This document shows, piece after piece, positions 40,722 through 50,696 of a stretch of DNA of 57,860 nt; the first letter of the stretch is position 1; each line of letters starts with the position of its first letter. Source of the stretch: Candidatus Methanoxibalbensis ujae (GTDB lineage Archaea; Halobacteriota; Syntropharchaeia; Alkanophagales; Methanospirareceae); NCBI GenBank assembly GCA_026134085.1, contig JAOQIN010000007.1, forward strand, positions 1 through 57,860. Direction: 5' to 3'. The position numbers and the translations under genes are program-made. The notes under the pieces were generated by a model. That model saw only the letters and a list, made by a program, of their open reading frames with translations, was not told the DNA's origin and did no database searches.

Positions 40722-41128
40722 GATTTCTTGATGCGAATGTGTTCATTTACGCATATTACAAGCCGAAGCGTGAATTGACCGAGAAGGAGAAGCAGATGAA
40801 GGAGCATGCAAAGGAGATAATAAGAAGAATAAATGAGGGAGAAGAAGTAATAACAACCGTTGTCCATCTTTCAGAAGTTGCAAATATTCTGAAGAGGGCG
40901 TTATCAATGGAAGATTTGTATTCTCTGTTGATCGGGCTCCTCTCAATGGACAATGTAAAGATTGTTGATGTCACAACATAGCATTACTTGGACGCAGTAG
41001 AATTGATGAGCGAGTTGAAGATGGACCCTTGTCTGGCGGTGGGTGCAATGCGCCGTGAGAATATAAATGAGATTTACACTTTTGATAGGGGATTTGATGG
41101 TGTTGCGGGTATAATACCCGTAAAGTAA
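40718..41128 (+). pseudogene. vapC: VapC PIN toxin with in-frame TAG at 40979
   Basis: FLDANVF...HLSEV; frame continues after the stop to IYTFDRGFD; the DPND motif is reduced to DP. Confidence 0.8.
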
Positions 41129-41130
41129 GA

Positions 41131-41352
41131 GGTGAAAAAAAATTAAGTCATCAGTGTAAAGCTGGAAGTCCCTGAGTGGATTATGAGGAGAAATTTGTTG
41201 TGAGATTAAAAAGAGTGGCTGGGAAGATGATATATGAAAAACTCAGTGCAGAAGAGGTAAGGGAGATTTTCAGGACTTTTGAGAAGGAAATTGAGCCTGT
41301 TGATGTCAGAGAGAGGGAGAAAGTTAACCGGATGCGGATTGCAAGGTTTTGA
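41131..41352 (+). pseudogene. Degraded small antitoxin-like ORF
   Basis: Frameshifted fragments VKLEVPEWI and LSAEEVREIF...REREK. Confidence 0.35.
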
Positions 41353-41395
41353 GATAGTGTAGAACTTTAAGTAGCATCCTTCCATATATGGAAAT

Positions 41396-41647
41396 GTGGT
41401 AAAAATGGAAAAAGTAAAACTATCGGCGAAAGGGCAAATTGTCATCCCAGCAAGGATAAGGAAGGAGCTGGGGCTATCCGAGGGCGATAGATTATTTATA
41501 GAGAGGAGGCAAGGGGAAGTGATATTAAAACCTGTGGTGAAACTGTCGAAGTTAAGAGGGATAGACAAATTAGAAGGAGCATCCAAAGAGATTGAGAAGA
41601 TGAGAAGAAAGTGGGATGAAGAATTTGAGGAGAGAACAGAAGTATGA
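41396..41647 (+). CDS. AbrB/MazE-family antitoxin
   Basis: VKLSAKGQIVIPARIRKELGLSEGD. Confidence 0.88.
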   Translation: MVKMEKVKLSAKGQIVIPARIRKELGLSEGDRLFIERRQGEVILKPVVKLSKLRGIDKLEGASKEIEKMRRKWDEEFEERTEV

Positions 41648-41982
41648 ACATGAAATACCTTCTGGATACGAAGGCACTGATTGCATTCTTCAACGATGAG
41701 GACGGTGCGGAAAATGTGGAGAAAATTTTGAATGATATAGACAAAAACAAAGCAGAGGGGTTCGTAAGTGCTATTACGCTGACCGAGGTTTACTTATTTG
41801 AGGAGGAGCGGAGAGCGCATTGCAAAGAAGAGAATAGAGCAAATAGAGTTCTCCAATCTGAAGATAGTTGTAATAGATGCTGAGATAGCGATAAAAGCGG
41901 GGGAATATAAAATTAAGGCGGTTCCGATTGCTGATGCTTTGATAGCGGCAAGCGCTTATTCCGTTGGTGCAAAGGTGGTTAC

Positions 41983-43264
41983 AAAACCTCCGCAGAAAAC
42001 CAAACCCTTCAGGGGTTAGATGAATGCGGTATATTTATTTATGATATAATAGAGAGAAGCGGGGAAATGAAAAGGACAAATACATTCCTTCTATGCCCGA
42101 CGAGGAGTCAAGAGAAGAAATTGTTTGAGTTGGCTGACAAATGCACAAAGATGTATAATGAAATAAACTACAAGAGGAGGCAGAGCTATTTCGCTGGAAA
42201 GATTGACTGGAACACTGATGAAGAATATCACAAATACAAGAAGGTTATAGGTTCTGCTGCTGCTCAGCAGGTCATAAACAAGAACAACGAGGTATGGAAG
42301 TCTTATTTCTCTCTCTTAAGGAAGTGGAAGACGGGCAAGCTGGAAGAAATACCTAAACCTCCTGGGTATTGGAAAGACAGAAGTTTAGGTCTCAGGATAT
42401 TGAAATACCTTGTGAGGTCTGATTCTTATAGGCTTGAGAAGAGGAAGTTGAAACTTCCTTTCGGGTTGAGTATAATGTGGAAAGGCAGAAACAAATGGAA
42501 AGGGAAGCAAGGTCGTTTGGAGATATTTTATGATGACCTCTCAGGTCGGTGGTATGCTCGCATGCCGGTGGAGGTTAAGCCTCCACATCAGCCAATAGGA
42601 CAAAAGAGGGCATACCTCGACCTGGGTGTGAAATGTCCAATAGTGGCATACGTGAATGGGGAGGTATTTGGATACAGGGGGAATTCACTGCTTGCGGATT
42701 GGTGGTATTGGACACATGAAATAGCGAAGTATCAAGAAGTATTGGACAAAAACGGTAAGAAAACATCGAAGAGGTTAAGAAAGCTATATAGGAAGAGGCA
42801 GCGCAGATTCAGAGATGCGATAAACAAGATAGTGAGGGATTTAGTGGAGAGGTGCTGGAGGAAAGGAGTTTCAGAGATAATATGTGGAGACCTAAAAGGA
42901 ATAAGAGAGAATGCAAACTTCGGCAGGAAGAGCAATGCAATGATCCACAACTACTGGTCTCATGGATACATCCTGCGGAGGATAAGAGAGAAAGCGGAGG
43001 AGCACGGGATGAAGGTGAAAACAATAGATGAAAGAGGGACATCATCAATATGTCCGAGGTGCTTTTCCTCAGTAGTAACAAGGAGGGGTCGGCTGTTCAA
43101 GTGCCAGACCTGCGGGTTAGAAGCGCATAGGGACGCAATAGGCGCACAAAATATAAGGCTCGTCCACGAGCGTGGAGGAGCCAATAACCGGGTGGTGGCG
43201 CACCCGCTGCTCCTTTCTCCATAAGAGCAGGAAACCAACTCCTTTAGGGGTTGGAGGAAGTCAG
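41983..43264 (+). mobile_element. IS200/IS605-family TnpB-only (IS1341-type) element
   Basis: Follows TTAC, ends TCAG, no TSD; similar subterminal hairpins AAACCAAACCCTTCAGGGGTTAG and AAACCAACTCCTTTAGGGGTTGG; removal restores the vapC frame. Confidence 0.9.
42067..43224 (+). CDS. tnpB: RNA-guided endonuclease TnpB
   Basis: RuvC-I YLDLG, RuvC-II CGDL, Zn ribbon CPRC..CQTC, RuvC-III HRDAIGAQNI. Confidence 0.92.
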   Translation: MKRTNTFLLCPTRSQEKKLFELADKCTKMYNEINYKRRQSYFAGKIDWNTDEEYHKYKKVIGSAAAQQVINKNNEVWKSYFSLLRKWKTGKLEEIPKPPGYWKDRSLGLRILKYLVRSDSYRLEKRKLKLPFGLSIMWKGRNKWKGKQGRLEIFYDDLSGRWYARMPVEVKPPHQPIGQKRAYLDLGVKCPIVAYVNGEVFGYRGNSLLADWWYWTHEIAKYQEVLDKNGKKTSKRLRKLYRKRQRRFRDAINKIVRDLVERCWRKGVSEIICGDLKGIRENANFGRKSNAMIHNYWSHGYILRRIREKAEEHGMKVKTIDERGTSSICPRCFSSVVTRRGRLFKCQTCGLEAHRDAIGAQNIRLVHERGGANNRVVAHPLLLSP

Positions 43265-43392
43265 GGATGATGAGCATTTTGAACACCTGGATGTGGAAGT
43301 TGTAAAATTTAGGGACACCGATAAATGAACCTTAGAGCGGGAATACTATGTAGATGTGGAAAGAGGGAGAGGATTGAGAGGTTTTTGAGGTG

Positions 43393-43790
43393 ATGGGAAT
43401 GAGAGAGATACGAAAGTGGCTTAGACAAGCAGAGGAAGATTTAAAAGCGGCAAGAGATAGCCTGAAAGATGAACATTATGATTGAGCTTGCTTTCAAGCT
43501 CAGCAATCAGCAGAGAAAGCGCTGAAATTCTTCCTTTATTCTCGTGGATACACCTTATAACGCATTCACTTAAAGAACTGGTAAGAGAATGTAAAAAGCT
43601 CGAAAAAGGTTTTTCTGAAATAGAATCTTATGCTCGTCACTTAGATATGTTTTATATTCCGACACAGTATCCGAACAGCCTGGCTGGTGATTTGGCACCT
43701 GCCGAGTTCTACGAAAGGGAGGATGCGGAAAAATGCATAAACTGTGCAGAATTGATATTGGAAAGCGTGAAGAAATTTTCAAAGAAATAG
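43393..43790 (+). pseudogene. HEPN-domain protein with TGA stop and frameshift
   Basis: WLRQAEEDL..A...Y D*ACFQAQQSAEKALK; then in another frame THSL..L...YIPTQYP; followed by a short MNT-like N-terminus cut at about 43833. Confidence 0.8.
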
Positions 43791-43833
43791 AGAGGTTTTC
43801 AAGAGAGCTGAAGGAAAGGTTCGGCTGTGATAG

Positions 43834-44940
43834 AACGTCGCTAAGAAAACACCTCACTTTAGTGAGAGGATGAATTAGGGTCGGTGTGTGGGAGAATATT
43901 TAAATACTCTCTCCTCTTGGTTATTGAGGGATGTTCCCGTGAGGGATGTTCATGTGACGGTCGTAGGAAAGGTCTTCAAGTCGAACAGAGGAAAAGTCTC
44001 GGCCCTAAACAGAGCTCTTGAAGTGTATTTCAGGCTTTTGAAGTGGTATCTGCGCTTCAACTCTAAATCTAAGAGCTCACTGCACAAAAACAGCTATGAG
44101 AAAGCCAAAGAGTGCTTTAACCTTAACACTGCTTTAATCCAGACAGCGAGAGACAAAGCGATTGAGATGCTGAAGAGCTTTGAGAAGAATAAGAAGGAAG
44201 ACAGCGTTTTGAATCCCGAGAGAATATCCATGCGCTTTGACAGGAGATGCTACCGATTCTCAAAGACGACAAATGTTCTGACACCATACTGGCTGACGCT
44301 AGGCTTGAGCAGAAGAGGAAGAGTTAGTTTGCCATAGTCTTCGGAGAAAGACAGAAGCAGAGGATTGAAGAAGCGCTCAGAGGTGAATGGGAGCTCACAA
44401 CCGTTGAAATGGTCAAGCGTGATGGAGAATGGTATTTTGTGCTTAAGAAGACAGTTGAACTTCATGATGAGCCTGAAACTGTGGTGGCGATAGATAGAGG
44501 CGAGCATAATCTTGCTGTTGCAGTCGCTATCTCAAAGAACAACCCCAGGCCAATGAAAGGTCGCTTCTGGAGAGGCTCGGAAATCAAAAGGATAAGAGGA
44601 TTGTATGCACACATCAGAAGAAGGCTCGGAGAAAAGAAGTTACTCAAGAAGATCAAAGAGCTTGGAGGAAAAGAGAGACGCTTGGTCAATCAACAGCTCC
44701 ACACAATAGCGAATCAGATAATCAAGTATGCCGAAAAGTTTTCGAAACCTGTGATAGTCATGGAGAACCTGAATGGAATACGAAGAAACTTCAAGAAATC
44801 TAAGAAGCTAAACAGGCGTTTTCACAGTCTTCCGTTCAGAAAACTCCAGACACTCATTGAATATAAAGCACTATTAGAGGGGATTGATGTGATGTATCTG
44901 TCCAAGAAAGAAACTAGCGGAGCTGTGAACCCCGCGAACC
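43834..44940 (+). mobile_element. tnpB: Second IS200/IS605 element with frameshifted, Zn-finger-deleted tnpB
   Basis: Left-end hairpin CACCTCACTTTAGTGAGAGG; AIDRG and VMENL motifs; frameshift near 44335; ETS joined directly to C-terminal GAVNP. Confidence 0.8.
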
Positions 44941-44945
44941 AGCGC

Positions 44946-45592
44946 TTGGTTCATCAAAAAGAGTTGATGTACTTGAACGTAGTATTCTCAAATTGAGATA
45001 GGAGATTATAAGGATGCTGTAGGAGTTGATTTAAACGAAAATAACATCACTATTGCGATAAATCAGAACTTCATAACATTTCTGACGAGGGAAAGAGTGA
45101 TTAAAACGGCTTACTTCTTAAAGAGAAGAAAAATTCAGCGTAAGATTATGTGTAGAAGAGTTAAAGCCGAGGTTTTAGCGAAATACCGTGATAAAAGAGA
45201 CAGAGTTCTGGACATCTACCGTAAGGTTGCTAACAAAATTGTTAAGGTTGCATTACGAATTCAGCAATAGCCTTAGCCTCAAAGAGAAAGAAGATAAATC
45301 AGAGTATAAAGCTGGGATTAATGGTATTGAAGTTGTTTATGTTAATCCTCACAAAACCTCAAGACTCTGTCCGATATGTGGGAGAAAATTAAGCCCGAAT
45401 GGACACAGGCTGTTAAAATGTGAATGCGGCTTGATTGCGGATAGAGATGTGGTCGGCAGCTGGAATATTATGTTGAGGGGTTTAAAGATAGATGTGGGAG
45501 TTCCGTTCCCCCCGATGCCGATGAGCGGAGGCTGGAAGGTTCTCCGCCACGATTGTTTCGAAAGTTACGAAAGTAGCGGAGAACCAGAACGG
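44946..45592 (+). pseudogene. tnpB: Third TnpB remnant (possibly IS607-type end)
   Basis: VGVDLNENN, EYKA...VNPHKTSRLCPICG...CECG..DRDVVGSWNI; ends GAACCAGAACGG. Confidence 0.75.
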
Positions 45593-45682
45593 TTAAAATT
45601 GATGGCGATATCCTCCGATGTGCGAGGCGAAGAAGAGCGAAGTGTAAATTTTATTTGGGCGAAGTAAATAAGTGTCTCCGCC

Positions 45683-46588
45683 ATGTTCGTTGTGGAGGGC
45701 GCACTCGTGTATTCAAATCTGCTCGCTCTGCTGAGCATCGGACTGACAATCACATACATCACGACAGGCGTGCCGAACTTCGCACAGGGCAGTTTCGCAC
45801 TCTTCGGCTCATACACAGCACTCACGCTACTCCACACGCTCAAAATACACCCATACGCATCAGTTCCGCTCGCATTTGCAGTCGGAGGTCTCGCAGGCGT
45901 CGCCGTTTACGCCCTTGCGTTGAAGCCTCTTGTGAAGCGAGAGGCAAGCATCGTCACACTAATGATCGCAACTCTCGCCGTAGATTTGATTTTATTGGGA
46001 ATTTTCGGCGCTTATTCGGACTTCCTTGAGGGATTAACGGGAAAATCCGCAAAGAAATTCATATTTACGTCATACGATTTCAGCATTTTCGGTTTCAAAA
46101 CAATCCTTTTATTCTCAACATTCGCAATTTTGCTCCTGCTTGCGAGTCTTTCCGCACTATTTTACAGGACAAAATTCGGTATTGCGCTGCGAGCATCCAT
46201 GGAGAATCCCGAACTTGCTGAGGTAATGGGCGTGAATGTCGCTCGCACACGCACATTCTCTTGGTTTCTTTCAGGCGCACTCGCTTCAACCGCAGGTTGC
46301 TTCCTACCGTTCAGGCAGGAAATTGTCCCGCTCACAGGCTCTTTAATTATTGTTTCCATATTCGCTGCGAGCATCGTCGGCGGAATCACAAGCATTTACG
46401 GCTCCGTTCTCGGCAGTTATATCGTGGGATTCTCCGAATCACTCCTGACTTTCATCATCTCACTCGCTTTCGGGCAGATTTTGGTGTATAGCAGGGTGAT
46501 TTCGCTCATAATGATGCTCATTGCACTCGTTCTTGCGCCTAAAGGGCTTGCGGGAGTGGTGAAGAAGAAATGGAGCATATACTCCTGA
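45683..46588 (+). CDS. livH: Branched-chain amino acid ABC permease
   Basis: GLTITY...NFAQG and FGIALRA..EN.ELA.VMGVN motifs. Confidence 0.88.
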   Translation: MFVVEGALVYSNLLALLSIGLTITYITTGVPNFAQGSFALFGSYTALTLLHTLKIHPYASVPLAFAVGGLAGVAVYALALKPLVKREASIVTLMIATLAVDLILLGIFGAYSDFLEGLTGKSAKKFIFTSYDFSIFGFKTILLFSTFAILLLLASLSALFYRTKFGIALRASMENPELAEVMGVNVARTRTFSWFLSGALASTAGCFLPFRQEIVPLTGSLIIVSIFAASIVGGITSIYGSVLGSYIVGFSESLLTFIISLAFGQILVYSRVISLIMMLIALVLAPKGLAGVVKKKWSIYS

Positions 46589-47619
46589 CAATTCTGATTT
46601 GGTTCGGTCTCTATATGATCGTGTGCTTGAGCCTGAACATTGAGTATGGTTATGCTGGAATTCCGAACTTTGGCAGGGCTTTCGCCGTTCTCGTGGGAGC
46701 ATTCGCCGTAGGAGGCGTAGCAAATAGGGTTCTTATGTTCATTTTCGGCATCAGCAACGGGATTATTGAGGGCAGTGCATCTGTTAAGAGTGCGATGAAT
46801 GAGATTATGGCGAGGGATCCTGCTGTTGCGATACTTTTTCTTTTGGGAACGCTTTGCATTGCTGCGATTCTCGGTGCGGTTCTCGGCGCTATTTTCATTC
46901 TTCCGAGTGCAAGGCTTTCAGAGCACTATCTGGCAATCGCTCTGCTCGCAATCAGCGAGGTCTCTTACATGGTTTGCTACTACAATCCAGACATAATGGG
47001 TGGATACTACGGCGTTTCAACACCGGACCCTCTCCTGTTTTTTCAAGGTGAGCAACGACTGCTCGCTTTCTCCGTTCTCACGATTTCTATCGCCATGCTT
47101 CTCTACGGCATCGTGAGTAAGATGCTGAACTCACCATTCGGTAGGCTTCTGAAGGCGATGCGAGAGAATGATGCCGTTGTTGAAGCATGCGGCAAAGATG
47201 TGATGCTTTTAAGGGTGAAGGCTTGTGCTGTTGGCTCTTCAATCGCAGCGATTTCAGGCGCTTTATATGTTTTCTACACGACAAATGTGATAGCGAGCAG
47301 CTTTAACAGGGCGGAATGGACATTCTATCCCTTCTTAATCATCATTCTCGGCGGTCTCGGAAGCACAAATGGTGTCATCGCTGCGAGCCTTTTGTTTGTT
47401 GTTGCGAGAGTTCTGCTCTCCACTTACAAGTGGGAGCTGAAATCTGCTCTGCATCTGCCGTTTGAGGCTGTCTGGCTTGAATACATAATTTTCGGTGTGC
47501 TGATGCTTCTCGTCCTGCTTTTCAAGCCTGAGGGGCTTTTGAAGGAGAAGCCGACGATGACCAAACCGATAAGAGAAATGGTGAAGAGAACAGGAAAAGG
47601 AGCTAGAAAGCAGGCATAA
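46570..47619 (+). CDS. livM: Branched-chain amino acid ABC permease
   Basis: SLNIEYGYAG..NFG, SPFGRLLKAMREN and ILGGLGS motifs. Confidence 0.88.
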   Translation: MEHILLTILIWFGLYMIVCLSLNIEYGYAGIPNFGRAFAVLVGAFAVGGVANRVLMFIFGISNGIIEGSASVKSAMNEIMARDPAVAILFLLGTLCIAAILGAVLGAIFILPSARLSEHYLAIALLAISEVSYMVCYYNPDIMGGYYGVSTPDPLLFFQGEQRLLAFSVLTISIAMLLYGIVSKMLNSPFGRLLKAMRENDAVVEACGKDVMLLRVKACAVGSSIAAISGALYVFYTTNVIASSFNRAEWTFYPFLIIILGGLGSTNGVIAASLLFVVARVLLSTYKWELKSALHLPFEAVWLEYIIFGVLMLLVLLFKPEGLLKEKPTMTKPIREMVKRTGKGARKQA

Positions 47620-47785
47620 GGCAGAGAAGAAAGAAGAGGATGCACGATAGAGGAGGATGCACAATAGTGATCTGGTCAACCCTCCATACCTTCACATGAA
47701 ATGATAAGCTTTTCGTGAAGAAGGGCAAAAATATATGGTATGCGATAAATAGAGAGAGGTAGTTTATTAATAAAGCTCTGATTAT

Positions 47786-48475
47786 TCACTCATTGGCAGG
47801 GGCGAGCCGTTCAAGGAGTTCTTGAGGTTTTCCGCTGAACACGATTCTGCCGCCAACCATGAAATTTGCTCTGTCGCTTATTTCGAGGACGCCGTGAATG
47901 TTCTGCTCAACAATCGCAATCTTCAAATTCAATTTGTCTCGCAAATCCGCAATCTTTGAGAACACTTGCGATGAAACTTCGGCTGAGAGATGTGCAGTAG
48001 GCTCATCAAGCATCAAAACATCCGCATTCCTTATTAATGATGAAGCTATTGCGAGGAATTGCCTCTCTCCTCCGCTCAATACACCCGCTTTCCTGCTCAT
48101 CAATCTCTCAAGTTCCGGGAAAATTGTTAAAACTGCGTCAATTCGCTCCTTCAATTCACTCTTCTCAAGCGTGTATCCCGCAATAATGAGATTCTCACGC
48201 ACACTCAGATTCGGAAACACATTGTCCACCTGTGGCAGGTAGGAAATGCCCATTCTTGTCTTTTTGTGCGGAGGAATGCCCGTAATGTCTTTACCGTTAT
48301 ATGTTATTTTTCCGGAGTAGATTGTTGTGAGACCGAAGATTGACTTAAGTAATGTGCTTTTTCCGCTTCCATTCGGTCCCAAAAAAGCAGTTATTCCTCT
48401 ATCTATGGTCGCATTCACATCAAAAAGGATGTGCAATTCCCTGTATCCCGCATTTAGACCCTTTATTTGAAGCAT
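47786..48475 (-). CDS. livF: Branched-chain amino acid ABC ATPase
   Basis: GPNGSGKST, LSGGERQ, LDEP and IVEQN motifs. Confidence 0.88.
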   Translation of the reverse strand: MLQIKGLNAGYRELHILFDVNATIDRGITAFLGPNGSGKSTLLKSIFGLTTIYSGKITYNGKDITGIPPHKKTRMGISYLPQVDNVFPNLSVRENLIIAGYTLEKSELKERIDAVLTIFPELERLMSRKAGVLSGGERQFLAIASSLIRNADVLMLDEPTAHLSAEVSSQVFSKIADLRDKLNLKIAIVEQNIHGVLEISDRANFMVGGRIVFSGKPQELLERLAPANE

Positions 48476-49194
48476 AGCAGGCGGATGACCTCCCTGAATG
48501 CTTCGCTTTTCTCGTCTGCGAGCCTGCCGTTGACCATTACGAACACCCTGTCAACATACGCAGCGACAATTTCAAATCTATGCTCCACGATTAAAAAAGT
48601 TGTGCGCTTCTTCAGTTCAACGAGCTTCTCAAGTATGCAATGAGCGAGTTTTGGGTTCACACCCGTGAGAGGCTCATCCATTATTATCAGTTTTGCATCG
48701 CTCATCAGCGCCCTACCGACCTCAAGCAGTTTCAGCTGACCCCCGCTCAGCTTATACGCTTCAGTGTCCCAAAGGGCATCTAACTCAAGAAACTCAAGCA
48801 GCTCAAATGCTTTCTCCACCGCATCCGCCTCCGCCCGCTCCCAGGAACTGCAACGCATGCATCGCAGCAATTTTTCGCCGGGATGCTCAGCAACCGCAAC
48901 AAGCAGGTTCTCAAGCACAGTGAGCTTCTTCAAAGGATGAGGTATTTGAAATGTGCGGGCAATTCCCCGCTTGCGAATCTCGTGTGGCTTCATGTTTGTG
49001 ATCTCTTCGCCGTTCAGGAAGACATGTCCGCCGTCTGCCTTGTAGAAACCGCAGATTGTGTTGATCAGCGTTGTCTTACCGCTGCCGTTCGGTCCGGCAA
49101 TCAGAGTGAGACTGTTCGCATCCACTTTCATGCTCACGCCGTCAAGCGCCTTGAAGCCATCAAAAAGCTTTGTGAGATTCTCCGTCACGAGCAT
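48463..49194 (-). CDS. livG: Branched-chain amino acid ABC ATPase
   Basis: GPNGSGKTT, ARTFQ, LSGGQ and IVEH motifs; start at ATG 49194. Confidence 0.88.
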   Translation of the reverse strand: MLVTENLTKLFDGFKALDGVSMKVDANSLTLIAGPNGSGKTTLINTICGFYKADGGHVFLNGEEITNMKPHEIRKRGIARTFQIPHPLKKLTVLENLLVAVAEHPGEKLLRCMRCSSWERAEADAVEKAFELLEFLELDALWDTEAYKLSGGQLKLLEVGRALMSDAKLIIMDEPLTGVNPKLAHCILEKLVELKKRTTFLIVEHRFEIVAAYVDRVFVMVNGRLADEKSEAFREVIRLLCFK

Positions 49195-49200
49195 TTCCTT

Positions 49201-49263
49201 AACACAATCACGACAATCGCAACACAATCACGACAACCGCAACACAATCACGACAACCGCAAC
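49201..49263. repeat. 20-bp tandem triplication
   Basis: AACACAATCACGACAA(T/C)CGC x3. Confidence 0.95.
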
Positions 49264-50673
49264 TGAAATGAGCGCAAACAGAGCTTCAAAGCCCGGCGGT
49301 GTCGGTGTAGGTGGTGCTGCCTTCGGCTTTTTCGGCGTTACCAACCACTCAATTTCGCCTGTTTCGTATCTCCATATGCCTGCTGTTTTCCATGAGCAGT
49401 TTTCCACATAGTAAACAGCGTAGTCGCCTGACGCCCTGTCGTTGAAATCGTCAAGTTCTATGTATCCGCTCACCGTTTCAACGCCATATTCGCCTTCACT
49501 GTAATTCTTTGTCACCATGGGGATTGTCTCCGCCATCTCATCCGCATCATATTTGCTCAATTTATCGCATACTTCCGCATATGAAAGGGCGAGAACCCAC
49601 ACAGCATCATAGGCGTTCATTCCATACTGGTGAGGAGCCCCTCCATATCGCTCGTTGAATGTTTTGCTTAATGCATCATATCCAGCACCCTTTGACTCAA
49701 ATGTCGTGCTGTATATCCGCACAGTGTTCGCCTTCTCACACATCTCTGAGATCTTCTCGCTACGAGCAGTCCCGTCGCAACCGACCCATACAACGCTCAA
49801 CATCGGCGAACCCTCGCTCACCTGCGAGAGCATCGTGAACGCTTCTTCGTAGCTGAATGTCACGACAGCGACCTCCTCCGGACTGTATCTCCTGAAAAGT
49901 TCGCTCAGTTCACCCTCCAAAGTTGCGATGTATGGCGAAAAGTCCGCAGGTGGCGGGTAAGGATACTCAATAGGCTCCCCAACTTCAATACCATATTTCT
50001 CAAGCTCCGGGATGATGCTGTCTCGCAGTCCTTTTCCCCACGCATTTCCCAAATATGCGATGCTCACCGCTTTTATTCCGAGATCTGAAAGCTCTTTTGC
50101 GATTGCTTTCGTCTGAAATGTGTCAAGAGCGACGAACCTGAACACATATTTCTTCTCTTCAGGCTTCGTAACGCCGAGCATTTCAGGCACCGCAGTCGAA
50201 GAAGGCGATATGATTATTATTTTGTTTGATGTCACATAATTCAGCACATGCTCAACTTCTTCGCTTCCCATAGGGCCGACAATCAAGCGAACTCCTCTGC
50301 CGTGTAGAGCCATCACCTTATCAAGTGCGCTCTTAGGGTCCGCTCTCGTGTCCTCCACAAACAATTTCACACTGTAATTCATCCCTCTCCGCTCAAAATA
50401 CTCGTTTATATCGTCCTTTGCAATCTCACAGCATCCACGAATGTTCTTACCATAAGTTGAAAGCGATCCTGAAAGGTCAACAAGAACTCCTATTTGAATC
50501 TCTTTCTTCTCTTCCTCCGCTGCTGCGGATGCGACGCCTACAACGCTCCCACAGAGAGCAACGCCAAGAATTATCATCAGCAGCAAGCACGAAAATTTTC
50601 TGCCCATCTCTGAGCCAAGGTAGCCGAGCCACCTGAGATTCCTTTTTCCCTTCATTTCAGTTCCCCCTGCCAC
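49228..50673 (-). CDS. ABC substrate-binding protein (LivK-like) with PGF-CTERM anchor
   Basis: IGVLVDLSG, EDT..DP, IISPSSTA and YDAVW motifs; C-terminal TPTPPGF plus TM. Confidence 0.85.
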   Translation of the reverse strand: MAGGTEMKGKRNLRWLGYLGSEMGRKFSCLLLMIILGVALCGSVVGVASAAAEEEKKEIQIGVLVDLSGSLSTYGKNIRGCCEIAKDDINEYFERRGMNYSVKLFVEDTRADPKSALDKVMALHGRGVRLIVGPMGSEEVEHVLNYVTSNKIIIISPSSTAVPEMLGVTKPEEKKYVFRFVALDTFQTKAIAKELSDLGIKAVSIAYLGNAWGKGLRDSIIPELEKYGIEVGEPIEYPYPPPADFSPYIATLEGELSELFRRYSPEEVAVVTFSYEEAFTMLSQVSEGSPMLSVVWVGCDGTARSEKISEMCEKANTVRIYSTTFESKGAGYDALSKTFNERYGGAPHQYGMNAYDAVWVLALSYAEVCDKLSKYDADEMAETIPMVTKNYSEGEYGVETVSGYIELDDFNDRASGDYAVYYVENCSWKTAGIWRYETGEIEWLVTPKKPKAAPPTPTPPGFEALFALISVAVVVIVLRLS

Positions 50674-50696
50674 TCTCCTCTCTGTCCCCGCTCTTA

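Larger units (their letters stand above)
41644..43328 (+). pseudogene. vapC: VapC PIN toxin, frameshifted and interrupted by an IS
   Basis: LLDTKA...LTEVY; frameshift near 41794; IADALIAA...VVT, then the IS, then DDEHFEHLDVEVVKFRDTDK* after 43265. Confidence 0.88.

Noticed and set aside
40979..40981. In-frame TAG in vapC as pyrrolysine readthrough
   Set aside because: The same gene lacks a conserved PIN Asp, neighbouring toxins are also broken, and no pyl genes are in the window.
42067..43224. TnpB as Cas12f/Cas14
   Set aside because: It is bounded by IS200/IS605 ends, with no CRISPR array or cas1/cas2 nearby.
43483..43485. In-frame TGA in HEPN as selenocysteine
   Set aside because: The position corresponds to Trp (TGG to TGA), and the gene also has a frameshift.
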